Shown here piece after piece: positions 49,532 to 59,131 of a stretch of DNA of 64,000 nt. The number at the start of each line of letters is the position of its first letter. The first letter of the stretch is position 1. The DNA comes from Rhodoferax sp. (GTDB lineage: Bacteria; Pseudomonadota; Gammaproteobacteria; Burkholderiales; Burkholderiaceae_C). Below the pieces are notes generated by a model, which worked only from the letters and a program-made list of their open reading frames with translations, did no database searches and was not told the origin of the DNA. The position numbers and the translations under genes are program-made. The stretch is from positions 529,039-593,038 of the forward strand of contig NZ_JABBPD010000004.1 in NCBI RefSeq assembly GCF_012927445.1, read 5' to 3'.

Positions 49532-51286
49532 ATGGATTATTATGGTCTGATGTTGCGTTTCAACCGTTTTTCACTCCTTTTCCTGTTTGTTTGCGCGCTA
49601 ACCGCGAACGCTCAAACCCTCAACCGCAAACCGACTGAGCCCATCAGTTCAGCGATGGACAGTGAGCTTTTTTATCAGCTCTTGCTGGGCGAGCTCAATG
49701 CCCGCGAAGGGGAACCCGGCGCTGGCTACTCGCTGATTCTTGATGCGGCGCGAAAAACGAATGACACCAAGCTGTACCAGCGTGCCGTTGATATTGCACT
49801 ACAGGCGCGCTCAGGCGAATCGGCCCTGCTGGCAGCCCGGGCCTGGAAACAAGCCCTGCCTAAATCAAAAGAAGCCAATCGCTATGTGCTGCAGATCTTG
49901 ATCGGACTGAACCGAATTGGCGAAGCCCTGGAGCCGCTCAAACGCGAGATAGCGACAACCGACCCCAAAGACCGCGTGGCGGCCATCATGACCATTCCGC
50001 GCTATTTTTCCCGTGCCAGCGACAAAAAGCTGGCCGCCACCACGGTTGAGCAGGCGCTGACGGGCTACCTGACAGCGCCTGGCGTCGGCGTTGCTGCCTG
50101 GACCGTGATCGGGCGCATGCGATTTGATGCGGGCGATATCAACGGCGCGGTGGAGGCGGCCCGCAAGGCTCAGGCCATCGACGCCCAATCGGATCTCCCC
50201 GCCCTGCTGGCCTTGTCCATGATGAGCCCGAAGGCGCCCCAAGCCGAAGTCATTGTGAAAAAGTACCTGGACGAACAAGCGCAACCCGAAGTGCGCATGG
50301 AATACATCCGCGCCTTGCTGGACGCACAGCGCTACGCCGAAGCGGTCGGCCAATTGCAGATCCTCACGGCGGAAAAACCGGACTATGCCGATGCCTGGCT
50401 GATCCTGGGCGTCCTTGAATTGCAGGACGGCAAAGCATCGGTGGCCGAGCGGTCCCTTAAACGTTACGTGGACCTGGCGCAGGCCAAGCGCACGGAGACA
50501 CCTCGTCCGGAAATGGGCCGTGGCCTGGTGCAGGCCTACCTTTCGCTGGCCCAAATTGCCGAGCAAAAGAAAGACTTCAAACAAGCCGACGCCTGGCTCA
50601 AGCGCATTGACAGTGCCGACGACCTGCTCAACGCCCAACTGCGGCGAGCCGCCATTCTGGCGCGACAGGGCAAGCTCGAGGAAGCCCTTGCATTAATCCG
50701 CAGCCAGCCCGAGAAGTCAGCAGCAGACGCCCGGCTGAAAATCGCCGCTGAAGTTCAACTGCTGCGCGACAGCAAACAGTACAAAGGCGCCTACGACCTT
50801 CTCGCGGATGTCACCTCGCGCAACCCCACCGATTTTGATTTTGTTTACGACATGGCCATGGTGGCCGAAAAATTGGGCAATCTGGAAGAAATGGAACGCC
50901 TGCTGCGCCGTGTCATCGAGAGCAAACCTGACTATCAACATGCTTACAACGCGCTGGGCTACTCGCTGGCCGAACGCAACACCCGTTTACCCGAGGCCAA
51001 ACAGCTTATTTTGAAAGCGCTGGAATATGCACCGGGTGACCCGTTCATTACCGACAGCTTGGGCTGGGTTGAATTTAGAAGCGGCAATCTGGCCGAGGCT
51101 GTGCGCATTCTGCAAGAGGCTTTCAAAGCCAAACCGGATGCAGACATTGCGGCGCATCTGGGGGAGGTCTTATGGACCATGGGACTGCGAGATCAAGCGG
51201 TGAGCACCTGGAAAGAAGGCCTGCAACTCAATGCTGAAAACGAGGCCTTGCTGGAAACACTCAAACGACTGCGTGTGAAGCTGTGA
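49532..51286 (+). CDS. Periplasmic TPR protein (conserved upstream of lolB)
   Basis: Signal peptide and TPR repeats ending [10 protein letters not shown]...DSLGWV...HLGEVLW; start may be 49550. Confidence 0.9.
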   Translation: MDYYGLMLRFNRFSLLFLFVCALTANAQTLNRKPTEPISSAMDSELFYQLLLGELNAREGEPGAGYSLILDAARKTNDTKLYQRAVDIALQARSGESALLAARAWKQALPKSKEANRYVLQILIGLNRIGEALEPLKREIATTDPKDRVAAIMTIPRYFSRASDKKLAATTVEQALTGYLTAPGVGVAAWTVIGRMRFDAGDINGAVEAARKAQAIDAQSDLPALLALSMMSPKAPQAEVIVKKYLDEQAQPEVRMEYIRALLDAQRYAEAVGQLQILTAEKPDYADAWLILGVLELQDGKASVAERSLKRYVDLAQAKRTETPRPEMGRGLVQAYLSLAQIAEQKKDFKQADAWLKRIDSADDLLNAQLRRAAILARQGKLEEALALIRSQPEKSAADARLKIAAEVQLLRDSKQYKGAYDLLADVTSRNPTDFDFVYDMAMVAEKLGNLEEMERLLRRVIESKPDYQHAYNALGYSLAERNTRLPEAKQLILKALEYAPGDPFITDSLGWVEFRSGNLAEAVRILQEAFKAKPDADIAAHLGEVLWTMGLRDQAVSTWKEGLQLNAENEALLETLKRLRVKL

Positions 51287-51795
51287 GCCGGCTAGGGAAG
51301 GTCGCTTGTTCGATCATCATTTTTGCTACTATTTTTATAGCAGGTTGCGCAGCACCGACAAGGGCTATCGTCTCAAACGAGTCTGAGGTTTCGCTGTGGC
51401 GCGGGCGTCTGGCCGTCCGGGTCGAGTCTGAGCAGCCCCAGACTCAGCCCCAAGCCTTTTCTGCCGGATTTGAGCTGACCGGCAACGCACAGGCCGGCGA
51501 ACTGACGCTGTATACGCCGCTGGGTAATACAGCCGCCGCCCTTTCCTGGTCGCCCCAAACGGCCGTCATGCGCTCGAATGGCGATGTCCGCCATTTTGAG
51601 TCCCTCGACGCCTTGATCAAGCAGGCGGTCGGCACCGAGATACCCGTGGTGGCGCTCTTCGCATGGCTGGCGGGTGACAACATGGCGGTCGCGGGCTGGA
51701 GCGCCGACTTGTCGGATCATGCCAATGGCCGAATCACGGCTCGTCGCACGCAACCGGCCCCCCTGGCGGAGTTGCGACTGGTGCTGGAAAAATAG
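51283..51795 (+). CDS. lolB: Outer-membrane lipoprotein insertase LolB
   Basis: Lipobox IAG-C, WRGRLAV, LYTPLG, IPVVALFAWLAG; lies between TPR and ispE. Confidence 0.88.
   Translation: MSRLGKVACSIIIFATIFIAGCAAPTRAIVSNESEVSLWRGRLAVRVESEQPQTQPQAFSAGFELTGNAQAGELTLYTPLGNTAAALSWSPQTAVMRSNGDVRHFESLDALIKQAVGTEIPVVALFAWLAGDNMAVAGWSADLSDHANGRITARRTQPAPLAELRLVLEK
51323..51370 (+). repeat. Dispersed palindromic repeat, copy 5 (in-frame; encodes the LolB lipobox)
   Basis: TTGCTACTATTTTTATAGCAGGTTGCGCAGCACCGACAAGGGCTATCG, encoding ATIFIAGCAAPTRAI. Confidence 0.75.
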
Positions 51796-51853
51796 AACAC
51801 ACGCACATTAGCTGGGGGCAGCGCCAACGGTCTACCCCACAAACTCACAACCT

Positions 51854-52717
51854 ATGAAGTCTCTCTACGACGTTTGCGCCCCGGCCAAACTCAATCTGTT
51901 TCTGCACATCACGGGCCGAAGAAGCGATGGGTATCACCTGCTGCAATCCGTCTTCATGCTGATTGACTGGTGCGACACGCTGCATTTCGACCTTCGCCCA
52001 GATGGAGAAATCAGTCGCGAAGACCTCTGTACGCCTTTGCCTGCGGATGACCTGATCGTGCGTGCCGCACGCGCCCTGCAAGCCGCCAGCAGCAGCCCGC
52101 TTGGTGCGCACATCGGCATTGAAAAACGTATCCCGGCACAAGCCGGAATGGGCGGAGGCTCCTCCGACGCCGCCTCGACCCTGCTGGCCCTGAATCGTCT
52201 GTGGCAACTCAAATTTTCATTGGAAAAACTCACCCAAATCGGACTTGCGCTGGGTGCCGACGTGCCATTTTTTCTGAGCGGACACAATGCTTGGGTCGAA
52301 GGTATCGGGGAAAAAATGACCCCGATTTCCTTGCCCCCAAGCAGGTTTTTGGTGGTTAAACCAATCGACGGATTAGACACAAGATTGATTTTCTCGGATC
52401 CATCTCTAAAAAGGGACAGTGAAACTGCTATAATTTCAGGCTTCGCTGCAGATATATTCGGCTTTGGCCGGAACGACTTGCAGAGTGTTGCCCAAAGACT
52501 GTGTCCTGGTGTTAATCAAGCTTTAGAATGGCTTGCCTCACAGGGACTCAGTGGCCGGATGACAGGCTCTGGAAGTGCTGTGTTTGCACAAATGTTGCCC
52601 GATATTGATTTGCAAAGTGCTCCAAGCGCGTTTCAAATCAGGTTGTGTAACAATTTGAATGTTCACCCCTTAATGGGCTGGGCATCCAGCGAAAGTTTAT
52701 CGGTCGACAGCTTATAG
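51854..52717 (+). CDS. ispE: 4-diphosphocytidyl-2-C-methyl-D-erythritol kinase
   Basis: APAKLNLFLHITG, GYHLLQS, KRIPAQAGMGGGSSDAA, MTGSGS. Confidence 0.97.
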   Translation: MKSLYDVCAPAKLNLFLHITGRRSDGYHLLQSVFMLIDWCDTLHFDLRPDGEISREDLCTPLPADDLIVRAARALQAASSSPLGAHIGIEKRIPAQAGMGGGSSDAASTLLALNRLWQLKFSLEKLTQIGLALGADVPFFLSGHNAWVEGIGEKMTPISLPPSRFLVVKPIDGLDTRLIFSDPSLKRDSETAIISGFAADIFGFGRNDLQSVAQRLCPGVNQALEWLASQGLSGRMTGSGSAVFAQMLPDIDLQSAPSAFQIRLCNNLNVHPLMGWASSESLSVDSL

Positions 52718-52731
52718 CTGCTGACCCGTGT

Positions 52732-52808
52732 AGGGGAGTCGCCAAGTTGGTTAAGGCACTGGATTTTGATTCCAGCATGCGAAGGTTCGAATCCTTCTTC
52801 CCCTGCCA
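52732..52808 (+). tRNA. tRNA-Gln(TTG)
   Basis: CTGGA-TTTTGAT-TCCAG anticodon arm, CCA end, canonical ispE-tRNA-Gln-prs position. Confidence 0.97.
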
Positions 52809-52876
52809 AATTTTTTGTTGTACGTGCCAAGCACTGGCCGTACAAGCGCAAACGTCACTCAATAGCTGGGACACTC

Positions 52877-53854
52877 ATGCAGGCTTCTCCACCCCCTGAT
52901 TTCATGGTTTTTACCGGCAATGCCAATCCTGGCATGGCCGCAGAAATCGCCAGCCACTTGGGTATCAGACTGGGTTCCGCAACGGTTGGTCGCTTCTCCG
53001 ATGGCGAAGTGACTGTCGAAATCAATCAAAACGTACGGGCCCGCGACGTCTTCGTGGTCCAATCCACCTGCGCGCCGACCAATGAAAACCTGATGGAATT
53101 GCTCATCATGGTGGATGCACTCAAACGTGCTTCCGCCGAGCGCATCAGTGCCGTCATTCCTTATTTTGGTTATGCCCGGCAAGACCGTCGTCCGCGCTCA
53201 AGCCGCGTCCCCATTACCGCCAAAGTGGTGGCCAACATGCTGCAGGCTGTCGGTGTCGCCCGCGTCCTGACCATGGACCTGCATGCCGACCAGATTCAGG
53301 GCTTCTTTGATATTCCGGTGGACAACATTTATGCATCCCCCGTGTTGCTGGGTGATCTGCGCCAGAAAAACTACGAAGACCTGATTGTGGTGTCACCCGA
53401 TGTGGGTGGCGTGGTACGTGCCCGCGCACTGGCCAAGCAGCTTCATTGCGACCTCGCCATCATCGACAAGCGTCGGCCCAGAGCCAATGTGAGCGAGGTG
53501 ATGCACGTCATCGGTGAAATCGAAGGCCGCAACTGCGTCATCATGGATGACATGATTGATACCGCCGGCACCCTGGTCAAGGCCGCGGAGGTTTTGAAAG
53601 AGCGCGGCGCCAAGAAGGTTTACGCCTATTGCACGCACCCTATTTTTTCGGGTCCAGCCATTGAACGCATCACCAATGGCGGTGCGCTTGATGAAGTGGT
53701 GGTTACCAATACCATCCCCCTGAGCCAGGCCGCTTTGGCTTGCCAGAAAATTCGGCAACTGTCCGTGGCACCGCTGATCGCAGAAACGATCCAGCGCATT
53801 GCCAAGGGCGAGTCCGTCATGAGTTTGTTCTCGGATCAGGAAAATCTTTTCTGA
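52877..53854 (+). CDS. prs: Ribose-phosphate pyrophosphokinase
   Basis: [41 protein letters not shown]. Confidence 0.98.
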   Translation: MQASPPPDFMVFTGNANPGMAAEIASHLGIRLGSATVGRFSDGEVTVEINQNVRARDVFVVQSTCAPTNENLMELLIMVDALKRASAERISAVIPYFGYARQDRRPRSSRVPITAKVVANMLQAVGVARVLTMDLHADQIQGFFDIPVDNIYASPVLLGDLRQKNYEDLIVVSPDVGGVVRARALAKQLHCDLAIIDKRRPRANVSEVMHVIGEIEGRNCVIMDDMIDTAGTLVKAAEVLKERGAKKVYAYCTHPIFSGPAIERITNGGALDEVVVTNTIPLSQAALACQKIRQLSVAPLIAETIQRIAKGESVMSLFSDQENLF

Positions 53855-53868
53855 TACAGGCAAAAGTG

Positions 53869-53906
53869 GGCTCACGCACGAATCATTACGTGCCGTGAGC
53901 CTTTTT
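53869..53906 (+). terminator. Intrinsic terminator after prs
   Basis: GGCTCACG...CGTGAGCC outer stem with GCACG/CGTGC inner pairing, followed by TTTTT. Confidence 0.75.
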
Positions 53907-53953
53907 AAAATCGGAGTCACACTGGTCGCGGTGGACTCCTTCAGGAGTTACAT

Positions 53954-54634
53954 ATGAAATTCGTCGCTTTTGAGCGCGCCAAGCAGGGCACGGGTGCGAG
54001 CCGCCGTCTCCGCATCACCGGCCGCACGCCCGGTATCGTTTATGGTGGCGCTGCTGAAGCATTGCAGATCGAAATTGATCACAATGCTCTCTGGCACGCC
54101 TTGAAAAAAGAAGCCTTCCATTCCACCGTTCTGGACATGGAAATTGACGGCAAAGACAGCAAGGTTTTGTTGCGTGACGTGCAAATGCACCCATTCAAGC
54201 AACTCATCCTGCACATTGACTTCCAACGCGTCGATGCCACCACCAGATTGCACGCCAAGGTGCCTTTGCACTACAGCGGTGATGAAAACTCAGCCGCGAT
54301 CAAGACCGACGGCTGTGTTGCCAATCACGTGATCACTGAAATTGAAGTGCTGTGTCTGCCAGCCGACTTGCCTGAATTCATCGCGGTGGATTTGAGCGGT
54401 CTGAAAAAGGGTGCTTCACTGCACTTGGCCGACATCACCCTGCCTAAGGGCGTGACAGCTGTTCCGCACGGCGGCAACAAAAACCCGGTCCTGGTGTCCG
54501 TGGTGGCGATTGCAGGCGCTGAACTCCCTGCTGCTGAAGCTGGCGCAGCTGCTGCACCTGCAGCCGGCGGTAAGCCAGCCGCCGGTGGCAAGGCAGCCCC
54601 TGCCGCTAAAGCACCTGCAGCCAAGAAGAAGTAA
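53954..54634 (+). CDS. rplY: 50S ribosomal protein L25/Ctc
   Basis: [39 protein letters not shown]. Confidence 0.97.
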   Translation: MKFVAFERAKQGTGASRRLRITGRTPGIVYGGAAEALQIEIDHNALWHALKKEAFHSTVLDMEIDGKDSKVLLRDVQMHPFKQLILHIDFQRVDATTRLHAKVPLHYSGDENSAAIKTDGCVANHVITEIEVLCLPADLPEFIAVDLSGLKKGASLHLADITLPKGVTAVPHGGNKNPVLVSVVAIAGAELPAAEAGAAAAPAAGGKPAAGGKAAPAAKAPAAKKK

Positions 54635-54665
54635 TCTTTCCCAGGTTACCGGCTTTCTGCACATT

Positions 54666-54696
54666 AATGGCCCACTTCGGTGGGCCATTTTGTTTT
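54666..54696 (+). terminator. Intrinsic terminator after rplY
   Basis: AATGGCCCAC-TTCG-GTGGGCCATT followed by TTGTTTT. Confidence 0.85.
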
Positions 54697-54721
54697 CGGC
54701 TTTTACCCTGATAATTTGTTC

Positions 54722-55336
54722 ATGATTAGACTTTTTGTTGGCCTTGGTAATCCCGGCCCCGAATACGAATCCACCCGCCATAACGCCGGATTCTGGTGGA
54801 TTGATGCGCTTGCGCGTGAACTCAAGACTCCTCTCGTGATGGATAAAAGCTACCACGGGCTGGTGGGCAGAACCACGGTGAACGGGCAAACGGTCTGGCT
54901 GCTCGAACCTCAAACTTTCATGAACCTGTGCGGCAAGTCGGTCGCGGCACTGGCGCGTTTTTTCAAGATTCAGCCCCAGGAAATCCTGGTCGCGCACGAC
55001 GAACTGGACATCATCCCGGGCGAAGCCAAGCTCAAACTCGGCGGCAGCCACGCTGGACACAATGGTTTGCGTGACATTCACGCCCAACTCGGCACGGACG
55101 ACTACTGGCGCTTGCGCTTGGGCGTGGGTCACCCGGGCGTCAAATCCGAGGTCATCAACTGGGTGCTGAAAAAACCTTCGCTGGACCACCGGATTGCCAT
55201 TGATCAGAGCATTGACCGCGCGCTCAAGGCCCTGCCGCACTTTCTGGCGGGCGACATGGATAAAGCCACCATGCTGGTGCACACCAGCAAGCCGCCCAGG
55301 CCCAAGCCACCGCGTCCTGAAAATCCACCGCTGTAA
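54722..55336 (+). CDS. pth: Peptidyl-tRNA hydrolase
   Basis: [34 protein letters not shown]. Confidence 0.97.
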   Translation: MIRLFVGLGNPGPEYESTRHNAGFWWIDALARELKTPLVMDKSYHGLVGRTTVNGQTVWLLEPQTFMNLCGKSVAALARFFKIQPQEILVAHDELDIIPGEAKLKLGGSHAGHNGLRDIHAQLGTDDYWRLRLGVGHPGVKSEVINWVLKKPSLDHRIAIDQSIDRALKALPHFLAGDMDKATMLVHTSKPPRPKPPRPENPPL

Positions 55337-55375
55337 CATCCGCCTGATCCAACCCTATCGAACAGAAAGAACGCC

Positions 55376-55804
55376 ATGCAAAGCACCCCCTTGAATGCTA
55401 TATTTTTAATAGCTTCTTGCGCTTTATCGACGGGGGCTACGGCTCAAAATACTTACAAATGCGGGGATGCCTACAGCCAAGTGCCCTGCCCCGGCGCCAG
55501 GGTTATTGACGCCACGGACAGCCGGACACCCGCACAGAAAACACAGGCCGACTTGGTAACAGGGCGCGTGGCCCGCACGGCTGATGCGATGGAGAAGGCG
55601 CGACTGCAACAGGAAAAAATAGACAGCGCGGCCAACGCGTCACCCGTGCCGCCAGCGCACATGGAGAATGCCAGCGCCGCCGGCACAACGCAAGCCAAGA
55701 AGAAAAAAAGGAAAGCGCCTGATTACTTTACGGCGCAGGCGCCTGGCGAGAAAAAGAAAGCCGCTAAAAAGATAACGGCAAAAAAAGACGCGACCAAATC
55801 CTGA
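55376..55804 (+). CDS. Secreted hypothetical protein (DUF4124-like N-terminus, Lys-rich tail)
   Basis: Signal peptide then YKCG..YSQVPC. Confidence 0.7.
   Translation: MQSTPLNAIFLIASCALSTGATAQNTYKCGDAYSQVPCPGARVIDATDSRTPAQKTQADLVTGRVARTADAMEKARLQQEKIDSAANASPVPPAHMENASAAGTTQAKKKKRKAPDYFTAQAPGEKKKAAKKITAKKDATKS
55395..55444 (+). repeat. Dispersed palindromic repeat, copy 6 (in-frame in signal peptide)
   Basis: ATGCTATATTTTTAATAGCTTCTTGCGCTTTATCGACGGGGGCTACGGCT, encoding AIFLIASCALSTGATA. Confidence 0.85.
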
Positions 55805-55828
55805 GGCAAGCTGGCCTCGCAAGCTGAC

Positions 55829-56119
<291 letters not shown>

Positions 56120-56424
56120 TTAAAAGGAGTCAGACTAAACATCATGGGCGAATTATCCCCGTTCTGGCACAAACCAGGCCAATCACACTGCTGCCAGCAG
56201 GTCGATGGCGCGGCACCGTCCTGTCGCCGCGTTCCACCGCTGGTTCAAGCGCTTTGAAACAGGACGTAAAAGGTGATGTCGAAACGAGCCGGCGCCGCGT
56301 TATAGGTACATAACGAACCGGCGCCACCGACAGGGTTGCGGCCGGCACGCTGGTGCCAGATTCAATTGCGGGACGACCCGATTTATTGAAATGACGCCAC
56401 CCATCTTTTCGGAAGGAATTCGTC

Positions 56425-58806
56425 ATGCCAAGCCAAACCCTGCGCCTTCGGGCTCTTACCTTCGTCGCCGGCGCCGCTTTTTTGCTCTTTAGCGGCTGGG
56501 CAAATGCGGACCCGCCAGCGCGCGTGGCGCGATTGGGCTACGCGAGCGGCGCAGTCAGTTTTTCACCGGCGGGCGATAACGAGTGGGTTCAAGCCCCGAT
56601 CAATCGGCCGCTGTCCAATGGCGACCGCCTTTGGACAGATGCGGGGGCTCGGGCGGAAATCCAGGTGGGCGGCGCCATGATTCGCATGAGCGCCGGGAGC
56701 AGTGTCGCCGTGCTTGGTCTCGACGACCGGATCGCCCAGTTGCAATTGACCCAGGGCACCTTGAATGTCCGCGTGCGCCGGCTGGAACCCAACCAGGTGT
56801 TCGAGGTCGACACGCCCAACTTCGCCTTCACGTTGCGACAACCCGGCGAATACCGGATCGTGGTCGATCCAGACGGCAATGCCTCGGACATCATCGTGCG
56901 CAAAGGTCAGGGGGAGGTGTACGGGGAAGGCGCCTCCTACGTCGTCGATTCACGGCAACCGTATCGCTTCAAAGGCACCGACTTGCGCGATTACGAGTAT
57001 CTCGAGGTGCCGAACCCCGATGAATTCGACCGCTGGGCGGTTGAGCGAGACCGCCGATATGACAACTCGGCCTCCGCCCGTTATGTTTCGCGGGACGTGG
57101 TGGGCTATCAGGACCTCGATGCGAACGGCACCTGGCGCGAAAACGCGACCTACGGCAGCGTCTGGGTTCCGAATCGCGTGGCGGCTGGCTGGGCGCCCTA
57201 CCGTGACGGCCATTGGGCCTGGGTCGACCCCTGGGGCTGGACCTGGGTGGATGACGCCCCCTGGGGCTTCGCCGTCTCCCATTACGGCCGCTGGGCCAAT
57301 ATGGGCGGCACGTGGGGCTGGGTCCCTGGCCCCGTGCGCACGCGGGCCTACTACGCCCCGGCCCTGGTGGCGTTCGTGGGCGGCAACAACTTTCAGTTGA
57401 CGATCTCCAGCGGCAACGTCGGTGGCGTCGCATGGTTTCCGCTGGCGCCGCGCGAGGTCTATCGACCGTCCTACACGGCAAGTCGCCATTACTTCGAGAA
57501 CGTCAACCGCAGTAACACGGTCATCAACAACACCGTTATCAAAAACACCTACAACACGACGAATGTCACCAATGTGGTCTACGCCAACCGGCAAGTGCCC
57601 GGAGCCGTCATCGCCGTGCCGAGGACCGCGTTCGTGCAGTCACAGCCGGTGGCCAGGGCAGCGGTTCGCGTGTCGCAAAAAGTGGTCGCCAGCGCACCGG
57701 TCGCCGTGATCGCCCCGCTGGCACCGACCGAACGAAGCAGCCGCTGGGCCAGCAACCCGGGTGGCAAGCCACCAGCCCGCGTGTTTGAGCGATCAGTGGT
57801 CGCCCGCACGGCCCCCCCGGCAGTGCACTCTGGCTATGTGGCGCAACCCACGCCACCGAGCGAAAAATCGGGCAAACCACGGGACGACGCTGCCCGCAAA
57901 CCATGGAAACCAGCCGTGGCAGCGGCGGCGCCCAGCGTCAAAGTGCTCGACCCGGCACAACTGGCCATCCCGACGGCACGGCCGCCACCCGTGGCGCCGG
58001 CTGCCAAGCCAGGCGAGGCTCGCGACCAGGCCGATTGGAAAAAGCCAAGCGCAGCGCCAGCGGCGTCTGTTGCGCCACCGGCGCCGTCCAAAGCGGCGGT
58101 ACAGCCCCAGCCCAGTAGCTGGCGTACCACGCCGCCAGCAACGCAGGCAGCCGCTGCGCCACGCGGCAAGTGGGAGCAGCGCGACAGTAGCGAACCGCGC
58201 ACACCGGCTGTTGCGCCACCGCCGCCGCCACAACGCGCGGCTGAACCGAAGACCATGCCGCCACAAGTCGCGCCGTCAGTGCCGGCAACACAAGGGCCAC
58301 CGCCATGGTCTGCTCAGTCCAGAATCGCCCCACCCGCGCAAGCCGTTCGACCGGCACCGGCCGCGCCGCAAGCAGTCAAACCCGCGCCGATCCCCGCGCC
58401 AAGACAAGCCGAACCCGATCGGCCGGTCGCGGTACCCCCATCACCGCCGCCTCACCCTGCCGAGCCCAAGCCCGTCGCACCGAAAGTAGCGCCATGGACA
58501 GCGGCGACGCCAGCACAACCGCCGTCTGTGCCACCCAGGTGGAACGCAGCACCGCAAAATGCGGCGCCGGCAGCGCCAGCGACTCGGCCCGCCCCCCCCG
58601 CATGGCATTCGGCACCCCCTGCGAACCCCGAGCCGGCCGCAGCCGCCAGACCCGCCGAGCCGCGTCCGCCGGTGGCAGCGCCCAAAGCGCCTCCGCCGCC
58701 ACCAGCCCAAGCGGCACCCAAATCAGAACACCATGTGCAAAAACCGAAGCCAGACGGCCGCAAGCCGGGGGACGGCAAAAATGACAATGAGGACCCCAAA
58801 CGCTAA
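56425..58806 (+). CDS. Exported FecR-like/DUF6600-like protein with long Pro/Ala-rich tail
   Basis: Signal peptide, DPPARVARL...GDRLWT (FecR-like), WAPYRDGHW...WGWTWVDDAPWGFAVSHYGRW aromatic region, and about 300 aa of low-complexity Pro/Ala. Confidence 0.8.
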   Translation: MPSQTLRLRALTFVAGAAFLLFSGWANADPPARVARLGYASGAVSFSPAGDNEWVQAPINRPLSNGDRLWTDAGARAEIQVGGAMIRMSAGSSVAVLGLDDRIAQLQLTQGTLNVRVRRLEPNQVFEVDTPNFAFTLRQPGEYRIVVDPDGNASDIIVRKGQGEVYGEGASYVVDSRQPYRFKGTDLRDYEYLEVPNPDEFDRWAVERDRRYDNSASARYVSRDVVGYQDLDANGTWRENATYGSVWVPNRVAAGWAPYRDGHWAWVDPWGWTWVDDAPWGFAVSHYGRWANMGGTWGWVPGPVRTRAYYAPALVAFVGGNNFQLTISSGNVGGVAWFPLAPREVYRPSYTASRHYFENVNRSNTVINNTVIKNTYNTTNVTNVVYANRQVPGAVIAVPRTAFVQSQPVARAAVRVSQKVVASAPVAVIAPLAPTERSSRWASNPGGKPPARVFERSVVARTAPPAVHSGYVAQPTPPSEKSGKPRDDAARKPWKPAVAAAAPSVKVLDPAQLAIPTARPPPVAPAAKPGEARDQADWKKPSAAPAASVAPPAPSKAAVQPQPSSWRTTPPATQAAAAPRGKWEQRDSSEPRTPAVAPPPPPQRAAEPKTMPPQVAPSVPATQGPPPWSAQSRIAPPAQAVRPAPAAPQAVKPAPIPAPRQAEPDRPVAVPPSPPPHPAEPKPVAPKVAPWTAATPAQPPSVPPRWNAAPQNAAPAAPATRPAPPAWHSAPPANPEPAAAARPAEPRPPVAAPKAPPPPPAQAAPKSEHHVQKPKPDGRKPGDGKNDNEDPKR

Positions 58807-58845
58807 GCAAAAGCGGCCACCCCAAAGGATGGCTCCATCGGGCGT

Positions 58846-59131
58846 TCACACGTCAAGTGGGGCCAACCGGGTTTGATCGTAAGTTGGCTGCGCCGGCAAG
58901 CCGGCCAGATGTTGCGTATCGGCCCAAGTCAGGATGTCGATTCGATCACCCTCGATGCGCACCCGGTTCAAACCGGCATTGGGAATGGCGCTCTGGCGCG
59001 GTCCCGCCAGGGGCCAGACGCCGCGCCTGTTCATGGCCGACAGCATTGAGCGGCACATCGACCTGACCCTGAAAGCGCAGCTCGCGGTTCCAGTCGGTTT
59101 CGCCATGGCGGATAAGAACGAGTTCGGTCAT
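58846..59131 (-). pseudogene. Histidine phosphatase (phosphoglycerate mutase family) pseudogene with internal deletion and frameshift
   Basis: [25 protein letters not shown] (RHG motif) joined near 59010 to a second frame with [27 protein letters not shown]; the central part is missing. Confidence 0.75.

Noticed and set aside
56298-56315. Palindrome CGTTAT-N6-ATAACG flanked by CCGGCGCC repeats upstream of the DUF6600-like gene
   Set aside because: Single occurrence with no candidate regulator nearby; cannot be distinguished from chance
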